Origin: an uncultured Bacilli bacterium
Lineage (GTDB): Bacteria > Bacillota_I > Bacilli_A > RF39 > UBA660
Direction of reading: 5' to 3'
DNA: 49,395 bases
Assembly (NCBI GenBank): GCA_944358855.1
Contig: CALVSC010000002.1
Location: 1 to 49,395 of the forward strand
Shown: positions 1-9,710 of the stretch, piece after piece
Position numbering within the stretch: the stretch's first letter is position 1
Layout: every line of letters starts with the position of its first letter
The notes under the pieces: generated by a model
What the model saw: the letters and a program-made list of their open reading frames with translations, nothing else
Databases searched by the model: none
What the model was told of the DNA's origin: nothing
Position numbers and translations under genes: made by a program

Positions 1-3
1 CAT
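1..3 (-). CDS. rpmA: Start codon only of a gene that runs off the left edge. By position it is most likely ribosomal protein L27.
   Basis: ATG (revcomp of 1-3) lies 4 nt after GGAGGAG (revcomp of 8-14), directly downstream of rplU-prp. This matches the conserved rplU-prp-rpmA order in Bacillota. No protein sequence is visible. Confidence 0.4.
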
Positions 4-14
4 AATTCTCCTCC

Positions 15-317
15 TTACTTTACTTCAATATTTGCTGGATAATTTTTTTCCAACTCTTTTAAAAGACTAACCATATTTCCGACTAGTATCTGGGTAGTAC
101 TGTCATCATTTTTAACATTTACTGTCATTCCCTTTTTACTAATCATATAACTTAGACTCCCTTTATCAAGTGCTAAAATACCATTTACTGTTGTTGTTAC
201 AATGCTACTAGCAGCTGCACATACAATATCTTTTCCATAGTCATCATATAATGCGTGTCCAAGAATTGTTATCTTTTTGTATTTAGCGTGAACTTTATCA
301 ACTTTTACTTGAATCAT
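15..317 (-). CDS. prp: Ribosomal-processing cysteine protease Prp (YsxB family)
   Basis: 100 aa, located between rplU and the presumed rpmA. It has the His/Cys dyad context GHALYDDYGKDIVCAAASS typical of Prp. Confidence 0.85.
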   Translation of the reverse strand: MIQVKVDKVHAKYKKITILGHALYDDYGKDIVCAAASSIVTTTVNGILALDKGSLSYMISKKGMTVNVKNDDSTTQILVGNMVSLLKELEKNYPANIEVK

Positions 318-319
318 AA

Positions 320-622
320 TTAACCATTAATTTTAGTAATTTGAATTTTTGTATAAGGTTGTCTATGTCCTTGTTTCTTACGGTTAGATCTGTTTTTACA
401 TTTATACTTGTAGACAGTTATTTTCTTTTGTTTACCGTTTTTAATAACTTTTCCTTCTACAGTAACATTTGTAAGATAAGGACTTCCGATTTTACTATCA
501 AGCATTAATACTTGATCGAATTTAACAATATCACCAGCGTTTGCATTTAATTTTTCTACAAAAATTTCAGAACCTTCTGTTACGTAATATTGTTTTCCTC
601 CAACTTTAATTACAGCGTTCAT
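320..622 (-). CDS. rplU: 50S ribosomal protein L21
   Basis: MNAVIKVGGKQYYVTEGSEIFVEKL... is a canonical L21 N-terminus. The product is 100 aa and a GGAGG Shine-Dalgarno sequence (SD) lies upstream. Confidence 0.95.
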   Translation of the reverse strand: MNAVIKVGGKQYYVTEGSEIFVEKLNANAGDIVKFDQVLMLDSKIGSPYLTNVTVEGKVIKNGKQKKITVYKYKCKNRSNRKKQGHRQPYTKIQITKING

Positions 623-717
623 TCATATACCTCCTTTTTTATAACTTAAGACTCGCTCTTAAGGTACCAAATTTGGTTTTTACCTTTTCAATGCGGTTTG
701 AGCATGAGGCGTCAAAC
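623..717 (-). promoter_or_regulatory. Structured 5' leader of the rplU operon (L21-leader-like ribosomal autoregulatory RNA)
   Basis: About 95 nt of untranslated leader lies between a near-consensus promoter and the rplU SD. It contains hairpins (CTTAAG-N7-CTTAAG and the CCAAATTTGG palindrome). The position matches the L21 leader known in low-GC Gram-positives. The covariance model was not run. Confidence 0.5.
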
Positions 718-723
718 AGTTAG

Positions 724-752
724 AGTATATCATATTGAGGAAGCAATGTCAA
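724..752 (-). promoter_or_regulatory. SigA-type promoter of the rplU-prp-rpmA operon
   Basis: On the minus strand: TTGACA (747-752), a 17-nt spacer, then TATACT (724-729). Confidence 0.65.
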
Positions 753-768
753 ATGTTTCCATAGGGGT

Positions 769-2595
769 TTAGTTTTTCTTATACGTTTTTTCTATCGCGG
801 TTATTTTTTCTCTTTCTGATTTGGTAAATAGTCTATTCCTGCATAATAGTTTTGATAGTGGTTCGTCTTCTCTTGTCCTTGCTCTTCTTACTTTTTCTCT
901 TGAAAAATAAACTCCATTTATAATATAAGTTCTTGGTGTTAAAACAATTTTATCTTCTTTTATTTTTATTTCGTCTAGTGGTTTTAAATCAATATAGCTT
1001 GGTATCGTATCATCTGGTACGTAAAAACTATCTGTATGAAGAATTGATTCTAGTTCTAGTGATGTAATTGGAATATTTAACTCTTCTAATATGCGCAATC
1101 TCATCCATACTTTTTTATCGTAGTTTAGAAGAGATAAATTATTTTTTAAAGTATCTTCCCAACCTAGTTCTAGTATGGTGTCTAGTCTTTCTGATAAGTT
1201 ATTTTGTGATAAAAAGGCATAGTTAGTGGTTGTAGATAATGATGTAAGATAGTCATAATCTTTTAGAGTCTCTAAGTTTTTAGATAATATTTCGGAGTCT
1301 AATAATAAAACTTTATCTCTTGTCCTATATAAAGTACTTTGCCCTGTTATGGAGTCAATTATTTCTTTATTCTTTTTTATTCTTTCTGGATAGTTGTTAG
1401 CAGTATCCAACATTTCCATATTCTCTTGGACTAGTTCTTTGGTTAGTGTTTTATTTTCTACTAATTGATAAATAGCAGCAACGGTTTCTTTGGTGGTAGT
1501 AGATAGTACTATTTCAAGTTGTTCTTTTTCTGTTATACCAAGTTGTGTTAAAGTTTCTAAAATGTTTTTTAAGTCATCACAACTATATCGATTCATTAAA
1601 AATGTAGTATCTAGAGTTCCTATATTATATTTTCTTTGAAGTTGTTGATAACTTAGAATAGAATTACTTTTTAGTTCTTGATATCTTTTATCTAGGCTGT
1701 CATAGTATTTTTTATTGTGGTTGTAAATATAGGTAAGTATTTCTACTCTTAAACCTTCGTCCTTTATATCTCTTATTAATGTGCGATAGTCTGTTATTTC
1801 TTCTGGTAAGTGTTCTAGTTGAGATAAAAGATTATCTATATTTTTTATTTCTCTTCTTCTCTCTTTATCCTTTTCTTTTCTTTCTTTTTTTCTTTTGGAA
1901 AGAGATTTTGGTATAACGGATGTCAACCAGGTAATATCTTTCGTTGAAAAAGCATTTTCTAGTTGTAATCGTAATATATCATCTTTATAAATTGGAAGAG
2001 TTAGACTTTTTTTAGTAGGAAGTAAGGAACATTTTCTTTTATACTCTGTAATTTCTTTAATAGCAGAAATAATACATAGAGCATTATGCCAATTTTTAGG
2101 ATCTTTTTCATACTCACTTAAAAAAGCAATTAATTCATCACTATCTGCTAAAAGCATAGCAGTAAAGTCCATTTTATAACGTTCCTCTACATCCGTAGGA
2201 TTATTATTTACTGATTGTAATATTTCATATATAGGTCCCGTTCTTTCTTCTGGTTTTTTATCTAGAAATTTTTGTAGTTCTGGTATTTTAGTACTCTTTC
2301 CTATGTCGTATAAGATAGGAAGAAATGTTTGAAAATCTTTTGAAGTTAGAAAAATTAGGGTTGAAGAAATGGGCTTTATAATACTTTTTAATTCTTTTAC
2401 TGTGTAGTTATCATTTAATGACAGTACATAGGCACATAAAAATTTCAAGATATCTATTTGGTCATAGGTAAATAAATCATTAAAGTCCGTAGTTTTTACA
2501 AATTCTTCTAGTAAAGTAATCTCTTCAGATGGTGTATTTATTTCTTCCTTTAGAGTGGCTTTTCTAGTCATTAGATCTTCTTTTAGTTTTTGCAT
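769..2595 (-). CDS. Hypothetical 608-aa helical-repeat protein, second gene of an overlapping pair
   Basis: Long ORF with a GGGAGG SD 8 nt upstream of its ATG. It overlaps the upstream ORF by 32 nt. It is all-alpha and K/E-rich with repeated LG(I/W)-type helical units. I recognise no family. Confidence 0.6.
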   Translation of the reverse strand: MQKLKEDLMTRKATLKEEINTPSEEITLLEEFVKTTDFNDLFTYDQIDILKFLCAYVLSLNDNYTVKELKSIIKPISSTLIFLTSKDFQTFLPILYDIGKSTKIPELQKFLDKKPEERTGPIYEILQSVNNNPTDVEERYKMDFTAMLLADSDELIAFLSEYEKDPKNWHNALCIISAIKEITEYKRKCSLLPTKKSLTLPIYKDDILRLQLENAFSTKDITWLTSVIPKSLSKRKKERKEKDKERRREIKNIDNLLSQLEHLPEEITDYRTLIRDIKDEGLRVEILTYIYNHNKKYYDSLDKRYQELKSNSILSYQQLQRKYNIGTLDTTFLMNRYSCDDLKNILETLTQLGITEKEQLEIVLSTTTKETVAAIYQLVENKTLTKELVQENMEMLDTANNYPERIKKNKEIIDSITGQSTLYRTRDKVLLLDSEILSKNLETLKDYDYLTSLSTTTNYAFLSQNNLSERLDTILELGWEDTLKNNLSLLNYDKKVWMRLRILEELNIPITSLELESILHTDSFYVPDDTIPSYIDLKPLDEIKIKEDKIVLTPRTYIINGVYFSREKVRRARTREDEPLSKLLCRNRLFTKSEREKITAIEKTYKKN

Positions 2596-3496
2596 GAACT
2601 TCGCCTCCCTTCGCTTGTTTTCTATTTAATACTTGCCACAAACTTTCTTCTTGTTGTACTCTTTTTTCTTCGAAGGAAGGTGTCGCCATTGCTTCTTGGA
2701 TTGTTGGATAGTTCATTTGATAGTTTCTTACTAGGGCAGCTGTCCTTTCACGATAGGCACTATTTTGTTTGGTTTTTTTGACTAATATCCCTATTATGGC
2801 ATAAGTATCAGGTCCTAACCTATCGAATAATACTCTCGTTTTATTATTTAAATCTCTTACTTCACTAATACTTCCTGTATAGAAGTGTCTTACGTTTTTA
2901 AAAGTGTTATTCTTTATGGACTCTAATAAACTGGCAATACTTGGATAAAAATCTATTGGAATATCTTTTAAATGGTCTAAGGGAACAATTTTTCCAGTCT
3001 TTGTTGGTACTAAGATTAGTTTGTTTTGAGGGGCTTCTGTTATTAATTCTGGTGTTTTTAAATAAGTGTCTATTAGACTTAGTATTTTTCTATTAAGTTC
3101 TATTTGTTGTTTTATGTACTCTAGTTCTTCTGGGGCAAAGTCATTTACTTCTTCTGTTAAACTATGAATGGCTCTTATTTTTTTCATTGTTTCTAGTTTT
3201 AGACGAAGGATTAAGTTTATAAAGTTTGGTGTTATGGGTGAAGGTAGAAGATGGATAAAGTCCTCTTCACTTTCTGTTTCTAACGTTTCTAGATTTCTTA
3301 AATAATAATCCACTTGATCTTCAAAGACACTACTCTCTTGTTCTTCTTCTATTTCTATTGTTTCTATGTGATAGTTTGAGGGACGTGATATTACTTGTTC
3401 TAACTCTAGTAATTCTAAAGATCGAATCATGTCTTTTTTCTTTTGGGTCTTTTTACGTAAAGTATCAAGTTGTTGTAATAGGACTTTTTCTTCCAT
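2564..3496 (-). CDS. Hypothetical 310-aa protein with an N-terminal coiled coil and a C-terminal HigB/Gp49 (RelE-superfamily)-like region
   Basis: The C-terminal segment ISEVRDLNNKTRVLFDRLGPDTYAIIGILVKKTKQNSAYRERTAALVRNY resembles the ElR..yRilf...ivll..f.KKtqk core of Gp49/HigB toxins. This is a by-eye similarity only. Confidence 0.5.
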   Translation of the reverse strand: MEEKVLLQQLDTLRKKTQKKKDMIRSLELLELEQVISRPSNYHIETIEIEEEQESSVFEDQVDYYLRNLETLETESEEDFIHLLPSPITPNFINLILRLKLETMKKIRAIHSLTEEVNDFAPEELEYIKQQIELNRKILSLIDTYLKTPELITEAPQNKLILVPTKTGKIVPLDHLKDIPIDFYPSIASLLESIKNNTFKNVRHFYTGSISEVRDLNNKTRVLFDRLGPDTYAIIGILVKKTKQNSAYRERTAALVRNYQMNYPTIQEAMATPSFEEKRVQQEESLWQVLNRKQAKGGEVHAKTKRRSND

Positions 3497-3590
3497 ATGT
3501 CGTCACCTACCTGGTTTTCTTATCGTAACACTATTTTTATTGTTTTTCAAATTTAGTTTCTTATGTTACACTAATAAAAAGGAGATTGTT

Positions 3591-4289
3591 ATGAAGTATA
3601 GAAGAGTTTTACTTAAGTTTAGTGGTGAAGCGTTAGCTGGTAATCAAGAGTCTGGTATTTCCTTTCAAGAAGTGTTAGGGTTTGCTAGAGAGATTAAAGA
3701 ATGTTTGGATTTGGGAGTTCAAATAGCGATTGTTGTTGGTGGTGGCAACTTCTGGAGAGGAAAAGCGAATCCTTATATGGATAGAGCAACTAGTGATTAT
3801 ATTGGAATGCTAGCAACTACGATGAATGCGTTAGCTCTAGGAGATGCTTTTAAACAAGTAGGTTGTGATGTTAGAGTTCAAACAGGAATTGAAATGCGTC
3901 AGGTAGCAGAATTTTATATTAAAGATAGAGCAATACGCCATTTGGAAAAAGGACGGGTTACTATCTTTGGTTGTGGTACTGGTAGTCCATTTTTCTCAAC
4001 GGATACAGCAGCTGCTTTAAGAGCAGCAGAAATAAAAGCAGAAGCTCTTATTAAAGCAACGAATGTAAATGGTATTTATGATAAAGATCCAAAGATGGAA
4101 AAAGATGCAAAGTTTCTTCCTAGTGTTTCTTATTTAGATGTTATTAATCAAAAATTAAAAGTAATGGATACTACGGCAATTAGTTTATGTATGGAAGAAG
4201 AAATACCTATTATTGTTTTTAATATTCATGAAAGAGGCAATTTAAAGAAATTATTACAAGGTGATGATATTGGTTCTATTATAAAATAA
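3591..4289 (+). CDS. pyrH: UMP kinase
   Basis: MKYRRVLLKFSGEAL...VVGGGNFWRG...TGSPFFSTDTAAALRA are canonical PyrH motifs. The ATG at 3591 is preceded by an AAGGAG SD. The ORF-track start at 3429 is an upstream artefact. Confidence 0.95.
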   Translation: MKYRRVLLKFSGEALAGNQESGISFQEVLGFAREIKECLDLGVQIAIVVGGGNFWRGKANPYMDRATSDYIGMLATTMNALALGDAFKQVGCDVRVQTGIEMRQVAEFYIKDRAIRHLEKGRVTIFGCGTGSPFFSTDTAAALRAAEIKAEALIKATNVNGIYDKDPKMEKDAKFLPSVSYLDVINQKLKVMDTTAISLCMEEEIPIIVFNIHERGNLKKLLQGDDIGSIIK

Positions 4290-4317
4290 AAAAGAGCTTG
4301 ATTATTCAGGCTCTTTT
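4290..4317. terminator. Bidirectional intrinsic terminator between convergent pyrH and addA
   Basis: AAAAGAGC, a 12-nt loop, then GCTCTTTT, flanked by A/T runs on both strands. Confidence 0.55.
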
Positions 4318-7300
4318 ACTGTGCGATAAATTCCATCCATAATAGAATATAAATAACAAGTTACTTTTTTCTTTGTTTTATTTTCTATAAATTCTCTATA
4401 ACCATTTAGTTGTTTATCATAAGCATCATCATCAATATTTTTAAATTTATAGTCTACAATTACAATTTCTGTTTCTTCTTCTATTAACAAGTCAATAATA
4501 CCATCTTTTTGATCTTTCGTATTGTAGAATTCATATTCTGAATAAAATTTAGCGTTTTTATGTTCTTGTATTAGTGGTGTTTTTAAGAATTGTTTTATTT
4601 TATCTGGTAATGTTTCTAAATTAGGGTTTTTAAAGTCTAGTTGTTCTAATACTTCATGTAAAGCAGTACCTAGTTTCATTTTTTCTTGTTCTTCTTTGGT
4701 AATTATGGAAAGTTTATCTTTGGAATATCTCGTATGTTCCACTTCTTTTTTCTCTATGTTTACTTCTTCTACTTCTAGAGTGTCTTTGGAAAGTGTTAAT
4801 TCACTTTTTTGTTCTCTTTTTCTTGTTAATAGATAATCTTTAGTAGGAGAAGTTGTTATCTTTGTTTCATATGGTAAAAGAGAAGAATAAACGCTTTTTA
4901 TTATCGATAAGAATGAGTTATATTTTTTTCTTTTATGGATACTTACCATAGTCTCACTACTAGGTTCTTCTTCTATTTCTTCTGTTACCATAATCATCTT
5001 TTCTCTAGCTCTTGTTAAAGCGACATAAAACAATCGAATTCTTTCTCCTATTTCTTCTATTTTACTACGTTCTTTTACTAATTTCTTTATTACAGTATCT
5101 TTATAATAACCATTAATTACTGGCAGAATTATACCATATTCATTATCAAAGATTATTTTTTCTTTTAACTCTAACATATTAAATCTAGATGAAAAACCTG
5201 CAAAATAACAAATAGGAAACTCTAGTCCTTTGGATTTATGAATCGTCATTATTTTCACACTATTACTGGTTGCAACATTGACATTGAATTTTAAATCAGC
5301 ACCACTTTCAAATATTTGATCTAAGTGATTAATAATATCTTCTAGCGTATAACCATTCTGTTCTAGACTTTCTACTAAGTTGTGGATATACTCTAAGCGT
5401 ATTACTTTTGAAGTTATTCCAGATTTAGTTATTAGTTTTTCTTCATATCCTACTTCTTTTATTAATTTATCAAAAAATTCAGTTGGAGATGTCTCTTCTA
5501 GATAAGTAGATAGTTCTAAACACTTTTGATATAGGGATGTTTGTTCTATTTTATTATTTACATATGCTTCATATAATATATTGTCTGGTATTTGAAACAA
5601 GAAACTTCTACCTACAGATAAAAAACTATATTTTAGGCTTTCTTTATCATCTTGTTTTTTTATTCTAATTATTAAATTTAATAAATTTTTTATGACTAAA
5701 ATATCATCATCTTTACTAAGAGATTCTTCTTTTAATATCGATAATGGTATTCCTAAATATTCAAATATCTTTTTATAAAGTTCAAAGTTTTTACTTTTAT
5801 CTAGTAATATTACTGCATCTTTATATTCCATTGGTCTTAGTGTTTTTTTACCTTTATCAAATACTAGGTAATTACTTTCTATTTTTTCTTTTATATCTTG
5901 ACCAATGATAAAAGCTTCTTGTTCGTCTTTGGTAATATTTTTTTCTTTATCTAGTTGATAAGTTAAGAGGTCTAGATGATTATTATTTTTGGTTTTGGCA
6001 TCAGTTTCGTATATTTCTAGTCCAAAGGCCATTTCATGTGAGGCTTTATAGTCTGCACCTCCAATATCATCATCCATGATTTGGCGAAATATCATATTAA
6101 TATCTTCTAGTACTTCTCTTCTAGAACGGAAGTTTTTTAATAAATCTATTTTTATTCCTTGGTCTGTATCACGATAGGAATCATATTTTTCTTTAAATAA
6201 ATATGGATTGGCATTTCTAAAACGGTAGATGGATTGTTTAATATCTCCTACCATATATACATTGTTTTTCGCAATCAGTGATATAAATTTTTCTTGCGTA
6301 TCTGATGTATCTTGATATTCGTCTACCATAATCTCTTGAAAACTATCTCTTAATTCTTCTCTTACTTCTTTGTTTTCTTCTACTATTTTAATAGCTAGTC
6401 GGGAGATGTCTGTAAAGTTATATACTTCTTCTTGTTCTTTATAGTTTGACAAACGTTTATCTAGTTCTTTTAGAATACTAATTAGCTCTTCTTGATTAGA
6501 AACCGTACTTTGTAGTTCTTCTTCTATTTGTTCTAAAGAATCATATGTTGCGAGCTCTTTCAACTCTTTTATTACGTTAGCTAGCTCTTCTTTTTTCTCT
6601 TTGGCCTCTTCTTCTGTTTTGTTAGGAATTCTAGGTAGGCTTGGCAAATGAAGAAGTTCTTCTTTTCTTTTATTATACTCTGTTTCTTTCAATAACGGGT
6701 CTAAGACATCTTCTACTTTCTTCATGTAATCTCCATCAAAGTAGGAAGACATCTCAACTAAGGCTTCTTTTATTTCTTCTATTTTTTCTTCTACTAGTGT
6801 TAAATAATCGTTTATTACTTTGGTAAACGTTTTCGTATAGTTGTCTAGATAGGTGTCTAAAAACTCTTCTTTGTTGTATTTTAATTCTATTTTTTGATAG
6901 ATAGAAAGTAATCCTTTTTTTAGGTCTTTATCATCTTTATAACAAAAATCATGAATTAGTTTTGTAAATCGTTTATCTTGTAATAAGTATTTTTCATCTA
7001 ATATTTCATCTAATAGTTGCTGTTTCTTAATATTTATTACTACATCGTCCGTTATTTCTATTTTGTTTGTACAGTTAATTACCGTATGATACTTTTTAAC
7101 AATAGATAAAGCGAAAGAATCAAATGTTGTAATATATGCGCTATCAATTTTATCACTTTCTTTTTCTAGTCCAGGAGTTTCGTTAATAGCCGAACGAATT
7201 CGGTCTTTCATTTCCGCCGCTGCCGCATTGGTAAAGGTTAAAACTAATAATTCATTAATATGAATACCTGTTTTTAGTTTTCTAATTACTCTTTCTGTTA

Positions 7301-7394
7301 GTACTGCTGTCTTTCCTGAGCCCGCTCCGGCAGAGACAATAATATTATTTCCTTCTTCGTTAATTGCTTGTAGTTGTTCTTTTGTCCAGGCCAT
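4302..7394 (-). CDS. addA: ATP-dependent helicase/nuclease subunit A (UvrD-like helicase plus C-terminal PD-(D/E)xK nuclease)
   Basis: Walker A motif AGAGSGKT and UvrD/Rep motifs (TFTNAAAAEM, VDEYQDTS). The C-terminal IVDYKF nuclease motif is present. It is followed by addB in the usual operon. Confidence 0.9.
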   Translation of the reverse strand: MAWTKEQLQAINEEGNNIIVSAGAGSGKTAVLTERVIRKLKTGIHINELLVLTFTNAAAAEMKDRIRSAINETPGLEKESDKIDSAYITTFDSFALSIVKKYHTVINCTNKIEITDDVVINIKKQQLLDEILDEKYLLQDKRFTKLIHDFCYKDDKDLKKGLLSIYQKIELKYNKEEFLDTYLDNYTKTFTKVINDYLTLVEEKIEEIKEALVEMSSYFDGDYMKKVEDVLDPLLKETEYNKRKEELLHLPSLPRIPNKTEEEAKEKKEELANVIKELKELATYDSLEQIEEELQSTVSNQEELISILKELDKRLSNYKEQEEVYNFTDISRLAIKIVEENKEVREELRDSFQEIMVDEYQDTSDTQEKFISLIAKNNVYMVGDIKQSIYRFRNANPYLFKEKYDSYRDTDQGIKIDLLKNFRSRREVLEDINMIFRQIMDDDIGGADYKASHEMAFGLEIYETDAKTKNNNHLDLLTYQLDKEKNITKDEQEAFIIGQDIKEKIESNYLVFDKGKKTLRPMEYKDAVILLDKSKNFELYKKIFEYLGIPLSILKEESLSKDDDILVIKNLLNLIIRIKKQDDKESLKYSFLSVGRSFLFQIPDNILYEAYVNNKIEQTSLYQKCLELSTYLEETSPTEFFDKLIKEVGYEEKLITKSGITSKVIRLEYIHNLVESLEQNGYTLEDIINHLDQIFESGADLKFNVNVATSNSVKIMTIHKSKGLEFPICYFAGFSSRFNMLELKEKIIFDNEYGIILPVINGYYKDTVIKKLVKERSKIEEIGERIRLFYVALTRAREKMIMVTEEIEEEPSSETMVSIHKRKKYNSFLSIIKSVYSSLLPYETKITTSPTKDYLLTRKREQKSELTLSKDTLEVEEVNIEKKEVEHTRYSKDKLSIITKEEQEKMKLGTALHEVLEQLDFKNPNLETLPDKIKQFLKTPLIQEHKNAKFYSEYEFYNTKDQKDGIIDLLIEEETEIVIVDYKFKNIDDDAYDKQLNGYREFIENKTKKKVTCYLYSIMDGIYRTVKEPE

Positions 7395-7397
7395 ACA

Positions 7398-9710
7398 CTA
7401 AACCTCCTCTTCTAAGAATGATAAGTCTTTTACCTTTTCTAAATAAACACTATCTTGTTCTGCGTGATAACAAATATCTTTGTAGCTACAATATTCACAT
7501 GAAATGTTTTTACCATCATATATTTTTGGATTAATTGTAAAGTCTCCTTCTAAGATATGATTTGTAGCGTTGTCAATTTCTTTTTTTGTATAACGTAATA
7601 TTTGATAGACATCCTCATCACTTAAGACGTTGGCAAATCGATAGAAGCCTTTATCGGTATATTTCATATTTTTTATGACAGAACTGTCTTCATAATCAGG
7701 GCAAAATCTAGATAATATTTCTAAATTATCTGTCGTATACCCCTGTAGTTTCATTTTGTCTTTTTTAATTTCTTCTAGTGGCTTATTTTCAAAAGATGGA
7801 TAATTAAATAATATATTTTGATAATAGATTCCAGTAAAAATAGGATTAGAAAAGACTTTGGAATAATTAATTAAAAATAAATAAATTGGTAATTGCATCG
7901 ATAAACCATATTTCATTTTATTTATCTTAGTATCTACTGTTCCACTTTTATAATCTACGATGGCAAAATAAGTATCTTCTATTTTCTTATAATATAAGAT
8001 TTTATCTATTGTTCCGGTGAATATTACTTCAATATCATGTCTAATTGGTATTTCTATTCTTTCTTCGTGTAGTTCATCGTTATATCCTAATAATAAATCT
8101 AGAGTTTTTTCTTGTTCTAGAAGTTCTAGTAATTCTTGTTTTAGTCTTACTAATAATACTTTTTCTTTTAAAGATAATTCTCTTTTTTCTAAATAGGTGT
8201 TATAACTTTCTTCAAAGTTAAAGTCTTTATATTTATATAACTGTAATATTTTATGATATAGAGAACCAATAAAAGCAGAAAATGTATCTTCATATGAGCT
8301 TACTTTTAAAACGTAGTTTAAGTAGTATTTAAATTTACATTCATTATAAGCATTTATACTCGTATAAGATAGTTTTAATGGATATGGTAGGTGTTCTAAG
8401 TATAGGTTTTTATCTATTCCATTAAACTGATTATTATAGCTTTTATATGGTATTTGATAATGAGTATATAACTCTTTTAACATAGGAGATATTTCTTGGT
8501 AACGTTCGTAGTTATCAAGTTTTGCTGCTAGACGTAGTTTATTGTATTCATTACTGTAGTGGTATAAATCTTTTTTAGGGCTTATTACTTCCATATTATA
8601 TTCTTCTATGATACTAGATGGGTACAGGCTTTGAAATGGGGTTTCTAATTTATAAGATAAATATAAGTTTTTTATTGATGCTAGAATATTCATAATCGCT
8701 AGTTTTTCTTGTTTATTTTTCTCTTCTGTTGTTAGTAATAAAACTTCTTCTTTATCCTTATCTGATATAAACTCCGTATCTTTTTCTATTCTTGGTAATA
8801 CATCTTGATTGATTCCTAATACAAAGACATATTCATCGTCTGTATATTCTTCATTTTTTAATTCTTTTATCGCAACTGCATTTTCGTATTTAGGAGAAGA
8901 TAGTTTCTTCTCTTTTAATTTAGAAAGTAACAATTCTTGGTATTCTTTACTATCCTCTTTTACTTCTACTAAAGAGTTTAGTACTGATAATAGTGCTTTT
9001 GTTATTTTATTTGGTTTTTCTAAGTTTATTTCCTTCGTTTCTAAATAGTTTTTTACGATATCTGTTGCGATAATAGAATATTTTTTAGGTATATTAACAG
9101 GAATATGATAGTAAGAAAATATTCTATCTATCGTGTAGTAATAATCACTAGATACATTGGTTAATACTATGTTATTAATATCTACTTTGTTTTTTAGTAA
9201 TTTTATAATTTCTAATGCTATACCATTTACTTCTTCTTCCATTGTTTGATATTTTGTTATTTTAAAGTTTGGTATTGTACTTGGTTTTATATCTTCTGCC
9301 CCTAAAGCTATTTTTTCATATAGATCTAGGGTTTTATAATTTAATATTTGTTTTTTATATTTATTCAAGTAGTTTTTAAAAGAAGTATGATAAGTTAGCA
9401 GGTTATTTTCTTTTAATTCTTTTTTTAGGCTTTGTAAGAAGAGTAGTTTTTTGTTTTTATATTCTTTATCTTCTTCTATTACATATAAATAGTTTAAATA
9501 TACTTTACAAACATCTACTTTATAGTGGTATTTTTTCATAAGATATAATATAGCTTTTTCATCATAAGAAAAATAGTAGTTAGCTAAATATTCTTCTTTC
9601 GTCATAAATTTTATATCATATAGGGTATTTGTTTGTTCTAGTTGTTTTAAGTATTTTATTTTTTCTTCGTTAGGGCAAATAATTAATGTATTATTTTCTA
9701 TTTTTAGCAT
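7398..9710 (-). CDS. addB: Helicase/nuclease subunit B (AddB/RexB type) with a C-terminal Fe-S nuclease domain
   Basis: Lies upstream of addA. The C-terminus has a Cys (ECKFKY) plus CEYCSYKDIC cluster ligands and an IVDYKSG nuclease motif. The start was chosen at ATG 9710 (SD GGTGA); the ORF-track start at 9719 is GTG. Confidence 0.8.
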   Translation of the reverse strand: MLKIENNTLIICPNEEKIKYLKQLEQTNTLYDIKFMTKEEYLANYYFSYDEKAILYLMKKYHYKVDVCKVYLNYLYVIEEDKEYKNKKLLFLQSLKKELKENNLLTYHTSFKNYLNKYKKQILNYKTLDLYEKIALGAEDIKPSTIPNFKITKYQTMEEEVNGIALEIIKLLKNKVDINNIVLTNVSSDYYYTIDRIFSYYHIPVNIPKKYSIIATDIVKNYLETKEINLEKPNKITKALLSVLNSLVEVKEDSKEYQELLLSKLKEKKLSSPKYENAVAIKELKNEEYTDDEYVFVLGINQDVLPRIEKDTEFISDKDKEEVLLLTTEEKNKQEKLAIMNILASIKNLYLSYKLETPFQSLYPSSIIEEYNMEVISPKKDLYHYSNEYNKLRLAAKLDNYERYQEISPMLKELYTHYQIPYKSYNNQFNGIDKNLYLEHLPYPLKLSYTSINAYNECKFKYYLNYVLKVSSYEDTFSAFIGSLYHKILQLYKYKDFNFEESYNTYLEKRELSLKEKVLLVRLKQELLELLEQEKTLDLLLGYNDELHEERIEIPIRHDIEVIFTGTIDKILYYKKIEDTYFAIVDYKSGTVDTKINKMKYGLSMQLPIYLFLINYSKVFSNPIFTGIYYQNILFNYPSFENKPLEEIKKDKMKLQGYTTDNLEILSRFCPDYEDSSVIKNMKYTDKGFYRFANVLSDEDVYQILRYTKKEIDNATNHILEGDFTINPKIYDGKNISCEYCSYKDICYHAEQDSVYLEKVKDLSFLEEEV

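Noticed and set aside
3429-3590. The 54-codon N-terminal extension of pyrH in the ORF track.
   Set aside because: It is hydrophobic nonsense sequence. The canonical PyrH N-terminus starts at ATG 3591 with an AAGGAG SD.
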